Assembly (NCBI RefSeq): GCF_963921235.1 | Contig: NC_086101.1 | Location: forward strand, 8,000,001 to 8,060,000 | Direction: 5' to 3' | DNA from: Mobula hypostoma | Taxonomy: Eukaryota | DNA length: 60,000 bases | In this document: positions 1-13,079 of the stretch, one piece after another | Position numbering within the stretch: the stretch's first letter is position 1 | Layout: every line of letters begins with the position of its first letter | Notes under the pieces: model-generated | What the model was told of the DNA's origin: nothing | Databases searched by the model: none | The model's input: the letters and a program-made list of their open reading frames with translations, nothing else | Position numbers and translations under genes: made by a program

Positions 1-1865
1 GTTGTATGAAATGTATAGGAAACAGGGAGTAAATCAGGTGCTTGAGGAGTATAAGAAGTGCAAGAAAATACTTAAGAAAGAAATCAGGAGGGCTAAAAGA
101 AGACATGAGGTTGCCTTGGCAGTCAAAGTGAAGGATAATCCAAAGAGCTTTTACAAGTATATTAAGAGCAAAAAAGATTGTAAGGGATAAAATTGGTCCT
201 CTTGAAGATAGAGTGGTCGGCTATGTGCGGAACCAAAGGAAATGGGGGAGATCTTAAATAGGTTTTTTTGTGTCTGTATTTACTAAGGAAACTGGCATGA
301 AGTCTACGGAATTGAGGGAATCAAGTAGTGAGACCATGGAAACTGTACAGATTGAAAAGGAGGAGGTGCTTGCTGTCTTGAGGAAAATTAAAGTGGATAA
401 ATCCCCTGGACCTGACAGAGTGTTCCCTCGGACCTTGAAGGAGACTAGTGTTGAAATTGCGGGGGCCCTGGCAGAAATAGTTAAAATGTCGCTGTCTATG
501 GGTGAAGTGCCGGAGGATTGGAGAGTGGCTCATGTTGTTCCGTTGTTTAAAAAAGGATGGAAAAATAATCCGGGAAATTATAGGCCGATGAGTTTAACGT
601 CGGTAGTAGGTAAGTTATTGGAGGGAGTACTAAGAGACAGAATCTACAAGCATTTGGATAGACAGGGACTTATTAGGGAGAGTCAACATGGTTTTGTGCG
701 TGGAAGGTCATGTTTGACCAATCTATTGGAGTTTTTCGAGGAGGTTACCAAGAAAGTGGATGAAGGGAAGGCAGTGGATATTGTCTACATGGACTTCAGT
801 AAGGCCGTTGACAAGGTCCCGCATGGGAGGTTAGTTAGGAAAATTCAGTCGCTAGGTATACATGGAGAGGTAGTAAATTGGATTAGACATTGGCGCGATG
901 GAAGAAGCCAGAGAGTGGTGGTAGAGAATTGCTTCTCTAAGTGGAGGCCTGTGACTAGTGGTGTGCCACAGGGATCAGTGCTGGGTGCATTGTTATTTGT
1001 CATCTATATCAATGATCTGGATGCTGATATGGTAAATTGGATCAGCAAGTTTGCTGATGATACAAAGATTGGAGGTGTAGTAGACAGTGAGGTAGGTTTT
1101 CAGAGCCTGCAGAGGGACTGCAACGTAGAACATATAGGGTTAATGGTAAGGCACTGAGGAGTGCAGTGGAACAGAGGGATCTGGGAATACAGATACAAAA
1201 TTCCCTAAAAGTGTCGTCACAGGTAGATAGGGTTGTAAAGGGAGCTTTTGGTACATTGGCCTTTATTAATCAAAGTATTGAGTATAAGAGCTGGGATGTT
1301 ATGATGAGGTTGTATAAGGCATTGGTGAGGCCGAATCTGGAGTATTGTGTTCAGTTTTGGTCACCAAATTACAGGAAGGATATAAATAAGGTTGAAAGAG
1401 TGCAGAGAAGGTTTACAAGGATGTTGCCGGGACATGAGAAACTCAGTTACAGAGAAAGGTTGAATAGGTTAGGACTTTATTCCCTGGAGCGTAGAAGAAT
1501 GAGGGGAGATTTGATAGATTATGATGGGTGTAGATAGAGTGAATGCAAGCAGGCTTTTTCCACTGAGGCAAGGGGAGAAAAGAACCAGAGGACATGGGTT
1601 AAGGGTGAGGGGGGAAAAGTTTAAAGGGAACATTAGGGGGGGCTTCTTCACACAGAGAGTGGTGGGAGTGTGGAATGAGCTGCCAGACGACGTGGTAAAT
1701 GCGGGTTCTTTTTTAACATTTAAGAATAAATTGGACAGATACATGGATGGGAGGTGTATGGAGGGACGTGTGCAGGTCAGTGGGACGAGGCAGAAAATGG
1801 TTCGACACAGCCAAAAAGGGCCAAAGGGCCTGTTTCTGTGCTGTAGTTTCTATGGTTTCTATGGT
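1..1865 (+). mobile_element. CR1 LINE, ORF2 (RT) remnant with 3' tail; runs off the window start, has frameshifts and an internal deletion near 1119
   Basis: ORFs 270..1157 ([31 protein letters not shown]), 1166..1537 and 1521.. give the CR1 C-terminus; the tail (tttctatgg)x2 lies at about 1847-1864. Confidence 0.95.
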
Positions 1866-1917
1866 CAGATATGGGAAGAGTTAGAAATGAAACAGGTTCT
1901 ATGCTGCAAATCGATGG

Positions 1918-2054
1918 CGTAAACACGAGGAAATCTGCAGATGCTGGAGCTTCAAGCAACACACGTAGAAGTTGCTGGTGAACGCAGCAGGTCAGGCAGC
2001 ATCTCTAGGAAGAGGTATAGTCGACGTTTCGGGCCGAGACCCTTCGTCAGGACT
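1918..2054 (-). mobile_element. Short (~137 bp) Penelope-end element carrying a hammerhead motif
   Basis: The reverse complement matches the Penelope 3' end at 25916-26013 and the copies at 9763 and 13081. Confidence 0.85.
2019..2054 (-). ncRNA. Minimal type I hammerhead ribozyme motif (intact core)
   Basis: The minus strand reads agtc-CTGACGA-agggtctcggccc-GAAA-cg-TC-gact: stem I agtc/gact, stem II ggg/ccc, palindromic ACGT in place of helix III, GUC cleavage triplet. Confidence 0.8.
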
Positions 2055-2198
2055 TCGTATAGAGACTGTTTGAGCTTGGCTGGAGCTCAGCAGCGTATTC
2101 AGGGCACAAGCTTTGAAGATGCTAGCAGGAGGAGAATGGTAAAGCTTCTCGTTCAGGAAGTGTAAAACCAACGGAGGTATGAAGTCTGATATTTTCAG

Positions 2199-2485
2199 GT
2201 GCCACGGTGCCGTCTCGGTTAGCACAACGGTATACCGTAACAGCTCCAGGCGTCGCTGGTCGGAGTTCAATTCTGGCGCCTCTGTCAGAAAGTTTGTCCG
2301 CTGTACCCGTGTACTCCGATTTCCGCCCAGTTTTCAAAAACACCTCTGAACTTTGAAACGAAACGGAGATCTTCCCGTTGATGCAATGTAAATAGTCCGT
2401 TTGAAATAGGGGTTTGTTGGGGGGTGGGGTGCTCGTGGGGCTGGGAGGGCCGGCTCCTCGCTTTACTTCCTAAAAAATAAATCAA
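2199..2485 (+). mobile_element. Degenerate tRNA-derived V-SINE (HE1-like)
   Basis: Box A/B-like head (cacggtg..ggttagc; gagttcaattc), a degraded V-domain and an A-rich tail. Confidence 0.55.
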
Positions 2486-2737
2486 CGAAGAAATAAACAA
2501 AATCATAAATAGTACAAAATGAATTTTAAGTGCAAAGAGTGGTTAATGATTTGAAAAGATTTTGATGTAGACAATTGTGATGATTCAGCAAAGCCACGCT
2601 ATAGCTTAAAGTACAACCCTGCTGACAAAAGAAAAAGATTGTCAGCTGATAAACAGAATAGCGGAACATCGTGGTGGTACAGTACCAGCAGGAACAGGTC
2701 CGCAAGTGTGTAAAGTGGTGATGCAGGGCTACAGATA

Positions 2738-3000
2738 AGACAGAACATAGAAATCTGCAGCACATTACAGGCCTTTCTAGAAACTGCCTAGAATTACCCT
2801 ATCGCATAGCCCTCTATTTCACTAAGCTCCATCTATCTAAGAATCTGTCAAAAGACTCTGTCAAGAACGCCACCGGCATTGCACTCCACGCATGCACCAT
2901 TCCCTGTGTGAGAAACTTACTCCTAACATCCACTCTGTACCTACCTCCAAACACCTTAGAACTATGCCTGCTCATGTTAGCCATTTCAGCCCTGGGAAAA
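2738..3000 (-). mobile_element. Old CR1 3' fragment
   Basis: The agaacatagaaa tail is followed by the antisense CR1 3' end (tgtgtgagaaactta..., ttagccatttcagccctggg). Confidence 0.65.
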
Positions 3001-3734
3001 ATCCAGGAGCTAATATGGTGCCAGAGGCCGGCTTCCTTGATCTCGTCTGCAAAATAGCTTACATTCCACTTTTTAATGTCTTATTTTTCCCTTTCAAGGT
3101 GCCTGGGATCCTGTGGGAGTCCGGGACCTACAGTTGCAGTCAAACAGCGGTTCCTCACGGCAGTGGGCTCGCCGACCGGCCGTTCTCGATACTTAACGGA
3201 GCGGACCGGAAGACAGGCGGCTTCGTGGTGGGGCCTCGGGCGACCCCTCTTTGGGGACTTTGTTACTACTGACTTGGTGGAACAATTAGGGGAGAGGGAG
3301 TGGGCGTTGCGGTTCTAACGTTTTTACTGTCATTCATTCATTCATTGGGTTTTCTTTCCTTCTGTTTCGTGGCTGTCTGCAAAGAATAGGAATTTCAGAT
3401 CGAATACTCTATACATGGTCTGGTATGAAATGGAACCATTGAACCATTTAACCATTCAATACAGATTACTGTAAATCTCTGATACAGAACTTGGTTTTTC
3501 ATGGCAGGCACATGTCAATGGAATGAAACGAAGTGGCTGAATAGGGCTCGCAGGGCCAGTTCACCACTTCGATCCTGTATTCTTTCACTCATTCGGCCTA
3601 AATCAAGAATAATTTTTCAAACAAAGTGGCACAACTCTACTAAGTGAATTTAGGCGTAGCAGATGACTCAGGATAATGAAAGTACAATAGGTCTTATGCA
3701 AATATGAAGTGAAATCATAATTCACTTTACTTCA

Positions 3735-3998
3735 ATTAGACATCACGCACGGTAACTGACACTTCCGGTCCAACGAACCCTCTCTGGCTAATTACACCCA
3801 TATGACCAATTAAGCAATTAAATCCTGCCTCTTTGAAATGGGAGAGAAACCGGGACACCCGGAGGAGACCAATGAGGTTACAGGAAGCACGTACAAACTT
3901 CTTACAGTCAGGGCCGCAATTGGACTCGGGTCACTGGAGCTGTAATAACATTGTGATAACCGCTAATAACATTATGGTAACCGCAGTGCTAACGTGCT
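3735..3998 (-). mobile_element. V-SINE (HE1-like)
   Basis: Antisense V-domain gggagagaaaccgggacacccggaggagacc; the head ends at gctaacgtgctgcc. Confidence 0.7.
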
Positions 3999-4767
3999 GC
4001 CCGAACACAGAGGAAGGCCTTTCTGTCCAAGGATGTCGCGCTTATCGGCCTCCCATTTATACACATCCCGTTGGTTAGTCTCACATTCGGTTCAATCTTC
4101 CCTGATTCTACCCCGAACGCAATTACACTTGCAGTTTATACTGAAGAGACTTTTCGGAGTCTAGTTACCTTCCTGTTGTGCACAGTGACAATAAAAAAAA
4201 ATCTTAATCCTTCGAGAAGAAGAAGCAGACACACAATGAAACAAATTAAAAACCCCACCGTGACCCGTCTCTGCTTTCGAATCTGTAATAACGCTGTCAA
4301 CATTTCTTTCAACGGCTTCCACAGACACGGTATAGTGAAACCTTTACTATGGCTGCCCCTGAAGAGTAGTCCTGATTATCAAGCCCAGAAACTACAAAGT
4401 CGAATATCAAAAATAAAGAGTTTCTGATGATGGAAATCCAGCACAGCACACACAAAACGCAAGAAGGACAATGACTGAGCGAAAAGGATCAGCCACGACG
4501 AAGTGGTGGAGCAGACTCCATGAACCAACTAGCCTAATTCTCCTCCTATATCTTATGGTCTGATGGAACTCAATAGGTCAGTCAACATTTATGGAAGGGA
4601 ACCAATGATGCTTCACGTTTAGGCTCTCTTCTGGATTGGAAAGGATCAAAGGCGAGAGTAAAATAGTGGCGGCGCAGGGTGGGTAGTGAAGGAATGGAGT
4701 ACAAGCTTGTTCACCTTGTAACATTGTCTTTTGACATGCCTTTTGTAAGTCCCACTGTAATGGTAGA

Positions 4768-7650
4768 GCATATAGAACATAGAACATAGAATAGTACAGG
4801 ACATTACAGACCCATCGGCCCACAACTAGTCACAACCCTCCAATCCGAATGTACTCCCTCCACCACGACCCTCTGCTTTCTGCAGACAAGCCAATTATGA
4901 ATCCACCTGGCCAAACTTCCCTGGATCCCATGCCTTCTGACTTTCTGAATAAGCCTACCCTGTGGAACCTTGTAAAATGCCTTACTAAAATCCACGTAGA
5001 TCACATTCACTGCACTACCCTCATCTATATGCCTGGTCACCTCCTCAAAGACCTCTATCAGGCTTGTTAGACACGACCTGCCCTTCACAAAACCATGTTG
5101 ACTGTCCCTGATCAGACCATGATTCTTTAAATGCCCATAGATCCTATTTCTAAGAATCTCGTCCATCAGCTTTTCCAACACAGACGTAATGCTCACTGGT
5201 CTATAATTACCTGGACAATCCCTACTACCTTTTTTGAAGAAGGGGACAATATTCACCTTCTCCAATCCTCCGGTACGATTCCTGTGGGCAACGAGGACAT
5301 AAAGATCTTAGCCAGATGCTCAGCAATCTCTTCCCTCGCCTCGTGGAACAGTTTGGGGAATATTCTTTCAGGACCCGGGACTTATCCGTCCTAATGTATT
5401 TTAACAACTCCAACACCTCCTCTTCCTTAATATCAACATGCTCCAGAACATCAGTCTCACTCATATTGTCCTCACCGTCATCCAGTTCCCTCTCATTGGT
5501 GAATACCGAAGAGAAGTATTCATTGAGGACCTCGCTCACTTCCACAGTCTCCAGGCACATCTTCCCACCTTTATCTCTAATCAGTCCAACCTTCACTCCT
5601 GTTATCCTTTTGTTCTTCACATAATTGAAGAATGCCTTGGGGTTTTCCTTTACCCTACTCGCCAAGTCCTTCTCATGCCCCCTTCCTGTTCTTCTCAGCC
5701 CTTTCTTAAGCTGCTTTCTTGCTACCCTATATTCCTCAATAGACCTATCTGATTCCTGCTTCCTAAACCTCAGGTAACCTACTTTCTTCCACCTGACTAT
5801 TCCCCACCTCAATTGTCACCCATGGTTCCTTCCCCCTACCATTCTTTATCTTCCTCACCGGGACAAATTTATCCCTAACATCCTGCAAGAGATCCCTAAA
5901 CATCGGCCACATGTTCATAGTACATTTCCCTGCAAAACATCATCCCAATTCACACCCGCAAGTTCTAGCCTTATAATCTCATATTTTGCCGTTCCCCAAT
6001 TAAAAATGTTCCTGTCCTCTCTGATTCTATCCTTTTCCATGATAATGCTAAAGGCCTTGGAGCGGTGGTCACTGTCCCCCAGATGCACACCCACTGAGAG
6101 ATCTGCGACCTGACCCGGTTCGTTACCTAATACCAGATGTAGTATGGCATTCCCCCTAGTCGGCCTGTCAACATACTGTGACAGGAATCCGTGCTGGACA
6201 CACTTAACAAACTCTGCCCCGTCTTAACCGTTGGAACTAATCAGGTGCCAATCAGTATCAGGGAAGTTAAAGTTAACCATGATAACAACCCTGTTATTTC
6301 TGTACCTTTCCAAAATCTTCCTCCCAATCTGCTCCTCGGCATCTCTGTTGCTACCAGGGGGCCTATAGAATACTCCCAATAGAGTAACTGCTCCCTTCCT
6401 GTTCCTGACTTCCACCCATACGGACTCAAAATGGGATCCTGCTACATTAACCACCCTTTCTGTAGCTGTAATAGTGTCCCTGACCAGTAATACAACCCCT
6501 CCTCCCCTTTTCTCCCCTCTCTATCCATTTAAAAGCACTGAAATCCAGGAATATTGAGAATCCATTCCTGCCCCGGTGCCAGGCAAGTCTCTGTAATGGC
6601 CACTGCATCATAATTCCATGTATGTATGCAAGCTCTCAATTCATCACCTTCGTTCCTGATGCTTCTTGCATTGAAGTACACTCACTTTAGCAACTTCTAC
6701 CTTACTACCTTTACACCCTGTATTCTGCTCTCTCTTTTCTCAAAGCCTCTCTATATTTTAGATCTGGCTTTACTCCATGAATTTCTTTCACTGCTCTATC
6801 GCCCCGAGTCCCATCCCACTTGCGAATTAGTTTAAACCCACCCGAACCATGCAAGCAAATCTACCTGAAAGGATATTGCTCCCCCTCGAGTTTAGATGCA
6901 ACCCAACCAATCTGTACACGTCCCACCTTCCCCAGAAGAGATCCCAATGATCCAAAAATCTAAAACCCTGCCCCCTGCACCAACTCCTCAGCCAAGCATT
7001 CAACATCCATCTCCAACAATTTTTACCATCTCTATCACGTAGCCCTGGCAGCAATCCTGAGAATGCTACCCTTGAGGTCCTGTTCTTCAGCCTTTTGCCT
7101 AATTCCCAAAACTCATTCTTCAGAACCTCATCCCTCTCCCTGCATATGTCGTTGGTACCAACATGTATCACGACTTCTGGTTGCTTTCCCTGTCGTATCA
7201 GGATGTCGTGCACCCGGTCAGACACATCCCAGACCCTGGCACCCTGGAGGCAACAAACCATGCGGGTGTCCTTCTCACGTCCACAAAATCTCCTGTCTTC
7301 TCCCCTGACTATAGAGTCTCCAGTGACGACATGTTTCCTCCTCTCCGTCCCACCCTTCTGTACCAGCGGGTCAGTCTCAGTGCTGGAGGCCCTGCCACCG
7401 TGGCTCACCCCTAGTTGGTCGTCCCCGTCAACTGTATCCAGGGCGGTAAACTTATTATTCAGGGGAATGGCTACAGGGGTGTTCTGCACTACCTGTCTAC
7501 TCACCTTCGCTTTCCCCCCTGCGACCGTCCCCCAGCAACCTGCTTCCGGCAGCCTAGGTGTGACTACCTCCCTGTAGTTTTCATCTGTGACTGCCTCATT
7601 CTCCCTTACGAGTCGAAGATCATCCAGCTGCTGCTCCAGATTGCTTACAC
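4768..7650 (-). mobile_element. CR1 LINE with ORF1 (SGNH esterase) and ORF2 (APE endonuclease plus part of RT); the RT C-terminus is deleted near 4822
   Basis: ORF 6827..7504 has GDSIVR, VIHVGTND and GLHLN motifs; ORF 6224..6454 is endonuclease (YRPP); ORFs 5225..5812 and 4804..5265 are RT; the tail is (agaacat)n at 4769-4792. Confidence 0.93.
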
Positions 7651-8089
7651 CTGATTACTGTTTGGAGGCCTGTAAATAATTCCCATTATGGTTTTCCAGC
7701 ATCCTATTTCACATTTTTCTGAAGATTTGGTTTCATTTTTACCAGCAGACTCAATCCTTCCCCTCCGTCTACCTGTCTATCCTTTCGATAGATGGTGTAT
7801 CGTTGGATATTAAGTTCTCAATCACAACGTCTTTCAGTCATGACTCCGCGAACCCCACGTCAGACCGACCAATCTCGAACTACAAGATCATCTAACTTAT
7901 TTTTTACACTGAGTGCATTCGAATTTAACACATTAAATCCAGTATTTATCACTTTTTTCAATTCAGTCTCCCTTTTACACTGCAACCCATCTCACTGACT
8001 GCAATGTTGTCCTCACTGCCTGTCCTTCCTGACAGTCTCAGTATACATTACCAACATTCCTATACTCAGCCATATCTCTCCGGTTCCCA

Positions 8090-8750
8090 CTCCCCTGCTA
8101 AATTAGTTTAGACCCTCTCCATGGGCTCTAGAAAATCTTCCCGCAAGGATATCGGTCCGCTTCGTATTCACGTGCAGACTGACTTTCGATTTTACCTGTA
8201 GCCTGACTTTCAGAATGTCTTGGACGTCCCTGACGCGGCACCTGGGAGGCAACGTACCATCTGGGTCTCTCTATCGCGTCCACAGACTCTTTTGTCTACT
8301 CCTATCAGCTCTGCTTTTCTCCTCTGCCCTCATCCCTTCTGAGCCACAGCGCTAGACTCTGTGCCAGAGACCCAATGGCTTCGGCTTGCCCCGATAGGTC
8401 GACCACAATATCGCAAACGTGTGCATGTTATCAGGGAAACGGCATCATCAGTATTCTGTACAGGCTGCCTATTTCAATTCGTTGTCCTGATAGTCACCTA
8501 TTCACCTGTCTTCTGCAACCTAGAGGTGACTACCTTTCTGTAGCTCCTATCTATCATCTCTTCACTTTCCTTTATTGGCCGAAGGTCATCGCGTTGCTGC
8601 TCCAGTACTTTAACACGTTGTCTGAGGAGCCACAGCTCGGTGCACCTGCTGCAAACGTGGTTTTTTGGGAGGCTGGAGGTCTCTCAGGATTTCTACATCC
8701 CACACACAGAAAACAACACGACCCCTGGATCCACTCTTCCTGCCTTAACT
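8090..8750 (-). mobile_element. Degenerate CR1 ORF1/5' region
   Basis: Similar to 6830-7650 (cacctgggaggcaac, ggtgactacct, gctgctccag). Confidence 0.65.
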
Positions 8751-8759
8751 ATACACTTA

Positions 8760-9295
8760 TGTAAGGGGTTTCTTCCTTTGTTGTGATGCGCGGGTTTTTC
8801 AGCAGAAGGCGCGAGAGAAGGAGAGAGGATGGACAAGGTGCTGTGAGCCGGCTAACGAGGTCGGACCCCGAGCAGGAGTCTGAAGTCCAGGGTTTTCGGC
8901 GAGGAGAGGAGAAGGAGACAGACTCGTGTGGAGCGTCTGGTCGACCACCGTGGGTGGTCCCGGGCGGCAGGTCGAGGAGGTCAGAGGGGATCGAATGGTG
9001 AAGAGAGAATCGTGACTAGAGCTCCAACTGTTTGTGCCCGAAGAGATTGAACTTTGATAAATGTGGCGCCTTTTATTTTCCTTTTATATTTTATCTCTAT
9101 TAATTATATAGTTCCAGTAATATCTATAAACTGTAATTCATTTAATCGTATATAGTGTATTGTCTGTTATTTGGTGGGGTGAGGTACATCACACAGCATC
9201 CACACAAACTTAATTACCCAGTTTGGCGGGACCGAGGGCTGTTTCCTTAGACAACAGCGAGCTGAGCGACCCTGAGGCTTGCCAGGGGGGCTAAA
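8760..9295. mobile_element. Solo LTR (536 bp)
   Basis: Begins TGTAAGGGG, ends GGGGGCTAAA (CA mutated), and is flanked by the 4-bp TSD ctta (8756-8759 and 9296-9299). Confidence 0.75.
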
Positions 9296-9629
9296 CTTAG
9301 AAGAATGAGTGAGAAACAGATGCCTACGTCACCCATCCCTGTTATTATCCAAGCCTGTTGAGCCAAAGCCAGAAGTCTCCCCATTCTAACACTGTCCCAC
9401 TCCATCAATGGCCACTCCGCTTGCTCCCCACAATATTTTTAATTGCCTTGCTAATCAATCCTGATACTCCGATTGGCCATTGTTCATTGCTGCGGGAAAA
9501 CTATGAGGCGCTGATTTTAAAAAGCTCCCTCCTCGACCCGATGAAGTCACCTTTACCTTTCGCCTCCAAACACCGATTGGCCGGCTGCTGTTCAAGCTGC
9601 TATTTGCTGCTGTTTATTTGTATGAGTGA

Positions 9630-10110
9630 CGGTGAGCAGGCAGAGGTTGTGGTGCACATTAACACTAATGGCTTAGGTAGAAAGTGGAAGAGCTTCTGCA
9701 CAGTGAGTATGGGGAGTTAGAAAAGAGGCTGAAGATCAAGACCTCTGAGGTAGTAATCTCTGAGTCCTGAGTCTCGGCCCGAAACGTCGACTGTACCTCT
9801 TCCTAGAGATGCTGCCTGGCCTGCTACGTTCACCAACAACTTTTATGTGTGTTGCTTGAAATCCCAGCATCTGCAGATTTCCTCGTGTTTGCGTTTTTAA
9901 TCCCTGGATTACTCCCAGTTGACACGATCCTGTCAACACTGGAGTAGAGTGATAGTACAAATGAATGAGTAGATGAGGAACTGTTGCTAGGGGCAAGGTT
10001 TCAGGTTTCTTGTATATTAGGTACATCTTCTGGGACAGGCGCAGCCTGTACAAGAGGTACGGGCTGCATCTAAACTAGAGGGGAAGCAATATCCTGGCGA
10101 GGAGGTTGTA
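9630..10110 (+). mobile_element. CR1 ORF1 esterase fragment interrupted by a short hammerhead element
   Basis: Encodes EQAEVVVHINTN..., later gggctgcatctaaac (GLHLN); the gtaatctctg|gattactccc junction is split by the insertion. Confidence 0.75.
9763..9897 (+). mobile_element. Short Penelope-end hammerhead element; 6 nt of the core (cgaagg) are deleted
   Basis: Starts agtcctga and is flanked by taatctctg (9754-9762) and taatccctg (9898-9906), a 9-bp TSD with 1 mismatch. Confidence 0.85.
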
Positions 10111-10197
10111 TGGTGCCAAGGTCAAGTTGAAGTTCAAGCTCCAGTTTCAGGTTTATTTTGGCCGACCTGTCACCAAGACCGCCTAGACTGACCCCAA

Positions 10198-10236
10198 CGC
10201 GAGCGAGCGCGCGCGCGCGCGCACACACACACACAC
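10198..10236. repeat. (GC)n(AC)n compound microsatellite
   Basis: cgcgagcgagcgcgcgcgcgcgcgcacacacacacacac. Confidence 0.9.
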
Positions 10237-10534
10237 TCACAAGCTTCGTTTCATTTTGCCATCATCCAGCCCCTTCTCCACGTGTTGAATTTCCATCCCT
10301 TGGCCTATCATTCCCATTTCCTCCCATCGGATTTGAGCTGCTGATCTCCATCTTTCTCATCCGAATCTTCTTTTCTCCTTCAAGCCTCTGTCTTTTTTTC
10401 CCTCGTAGATCCATCCGCTAGTTTGCTCTCTTGTCTGTTTATATCTATCACACATCAGCCTCAGTCTCTCAACTCTCACTTGACCTTCACCCTCCAGTCT
10501 CCATCTGCCCATCAACACCTTCCCCCTTATCATT

Positions 10535-11000
10535 TTGTGGATCTTATCTAAGGCTTCACTGAAACCTACGTTAACCACTTCTACAGCGCTGCATTTACTA
10601 GCTTCCTTGGTCACATCACCAAGAACTCAGTACATAAGCCAGACTGACTAACCCTAATCAACCCCTGCCTTTCCAAAAGTACGTATGTATTATCTCTCAT
10701 AATCCTCTCCAGTATTGTAGCAACTGCAGATGTTAACTTACTTGTCTATATCGTTTCCAGAGTTTTGCTTTCCGCCCCTCATAAATAAATGCGCAAATTT
10801 TGCCTCTTCCAGTCTACTGCCGGCTCACCTTTGCCTATCGATGGTACACGTATCTCATCCAGGGTTCCTGCAGTTTCCTCTGTCCCTTGCCAGAGTGTTT
10901 TCGGATATACCTCGCCGCAGTTCGCTGGGTGGCTTGGGTTAACGCTCGCCACTGGCCTGAGACGGGCGACTCCTCTCACCTGTTTAAGTTCATTACTTGG
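10535..11000 (-). mobile_element. Highly degenerate CR1 RT fragment
   Basis: The antisense reads as a decayed IYPRTLWE..EIAGAL..GE..DW segment of CR1 ORF2. Confidence 0.6.
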
Positions 11001-11149
11001 TGCTAAGCTTTCCTCCTTACTCCTGATTCTGGCGCGCGGGCTATCGGGCAGATGGATAACAGGGTATATGTAAGCCATTCGGCTCGATTCAATCGTCCTG
11101 TCGAACCCTTTCCGTGGAGAATGGGAGTCTTCCTCGGTTATTTTCATTT

Positions 11150-11405
11150 TTATTGATATACAGCGGGATAGGCCTCTCGAGCCCTTCGAGCCACGCCGCC
11201 GAGTAAACCCAATTTTAATCCTAGCCTAATGACGGGACTATCTATAATGACGAATTAACCTAGCAGTCGGCATGCTTTTGGACAGTGGGTGGAAACTGGA
11301 GCACCCAGAGGAAACCCACGGGGCCACGGGGAGAAGGTACAGAATTCCAGCTGCGGGAATTGAACTGTAAAGCGTTGGGCTAACTGTGACACCACAGTGC
11401 CGCCC
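11150..11405 (-). mobile_element. V-SINE (HE1-like)
   Basis: Antisense V-domain gtggaaactggagcacccagaggaaacccacg; the head ends ccacagtgccgccc. Confidence 0.75.
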
Positions 11406-13079
11406 CATGGGTCTGGCACTGTTTCGCTTTACAATGTGGACAGCAAGTCCAATCTCTTCATCTTAACAGGGAAATCACTGGGAAACTTAATCCTTTCTTC
11501 CGGACTGTGGGCCTGAACTGGCTGGCAGTCTGCTCCAGTTCCTTTCTGACTGTGTAATATGTTTGCGAAACGGGGAGCGCCTCAGAACCAGGGTTAGGAT
11601 CAGGGCCCCTCGTGTTACAAAATCGATTCTCGCTGAACTGATCACACTTTATCCCCAAATGGAGCATGATGAAATTGGTTGGAAATAAAGCAATCGACGA
11701 ATGAAATAAAAATAATTAAGATGTTTTCCAGCATCAGCAGAGTGGCTTGTGCTTGTGATTTGCTGCTTCACTGCGAATTCTCTTTCAGAGATGCATATCG
11801 TGAAGAAGTTTATATCTTCCCTTCGACAGAAGTTCAGCGAAACCCTCCCTCACTGTTCCCCCTCTGTAATCCCTGCTGCCACCCGAATTTCCGACGACGT
11901 GGTCACCCACCTATCCTTCCTAGGATCTTGCCTTCGCCGTCTTCACCGACATCTTGTACCACATGGCTCGCAGATCCGTTTCAGGCTTCTCGATTCGGAC
12001 CCAGCGTCTCCCATGCGGAGATACCTGGTGGCCCTGTCCAAGTCGCTCCCGACCTCCGTCTCCTCCGCCCACCATCGACCTTTCTGATACTTCACCCTCC
12101 GCCGGATCCATGCATTTAACCGCCGGTTCTTCGCCTTCTTCGCTTCCAGCAAGGATCAGAAGGTCGTCAGTCTGCACGCCACAGATTCCGCCGTCTCCCC
12201 TTCCCGCGACCCTGGACATCCCCAGACAGCGGTCCCTACTGCCTTCCTTTCAGTCCTCAATTCTATCGGACATGGCCCTGATAACGAAAATCTCCGAATC
12301 CATACCCGGCCCCAACGAGCCTGGGGACCGCCTGACCGGTGACACCACCATTGTCAATACTGGTTCCAGCGATCCCGAGGTTATCCAGAATGGGGTTTTC
12401 ACCGCCGTCAATGCCGGTTTCCTCGACCCAGAACACCTTCAAGCTGTTAGTTGCGCGGCATCTGGCTCCGGCTCTGGTCTGGACGTTTACCACCAGCACC
12501 TCAAGGACATGACATTCCGCGCTGCCTTTGTATCCGCAGTCTCCTCTCCCCAGGTCCCTCCCTACCACTGCAATTCCATGTCCATCAGGCCCTACCGTCG
12601 GCTCCTGGGTCCTCAGAGCCTCCAGCTCCTTCCCACCCCACCTACCCTGTGCACCACAACCCCCATCTCCTCTCTGACACCTCCTCACTCCTCTCCCTTC
12701 AGGCACTTATCTTTGCAAACGCATTAAGTGCTACATCTGCCTATGCACATCCTCCCTCACCAACATTAAGGGCCCCAATCAGTCCTTCCAGGTGAGGCAA
12801 CAGTTCACCTGTGAAGTTGCTGTGGCAGTCTGTTGTGGCTGGTGCTCCCGTTGCAGCCTCCTCTACACTGGTGAGATCCGTCGTAAATTTGGGGACCGCA
12901 TCGTCGAGCACCACCGCAAGTGTACCACAATTCCCTGAATTCCCTGTGGCCATACATTTTAGTTACGATTCCAACTCCCGTTCCGACGTGTACCATGTCG
13001 AGGCCACCCTCAGGATGGAGGTACGACATTTTTCATTCAATCTGGGTACCCTCCAGCCAGATAGCATGAAAATCGATTT

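Noticed and set aside
2199..2280. tRNA gene
   Set aside because: This is a degenerate tRNA-derived SINE head with no cloverleaf.
10779..11147. 122-aa ORF as a novel protein
   Set aside because: Most of it is decayed CR1 RT sequence.
11954..12727. 257-aa Pro/Ser-rich ORF as a host gene
   Set aside because: It lies within the C-rich interior of a Penelope-like element, with no splice structure or recognisable domain.
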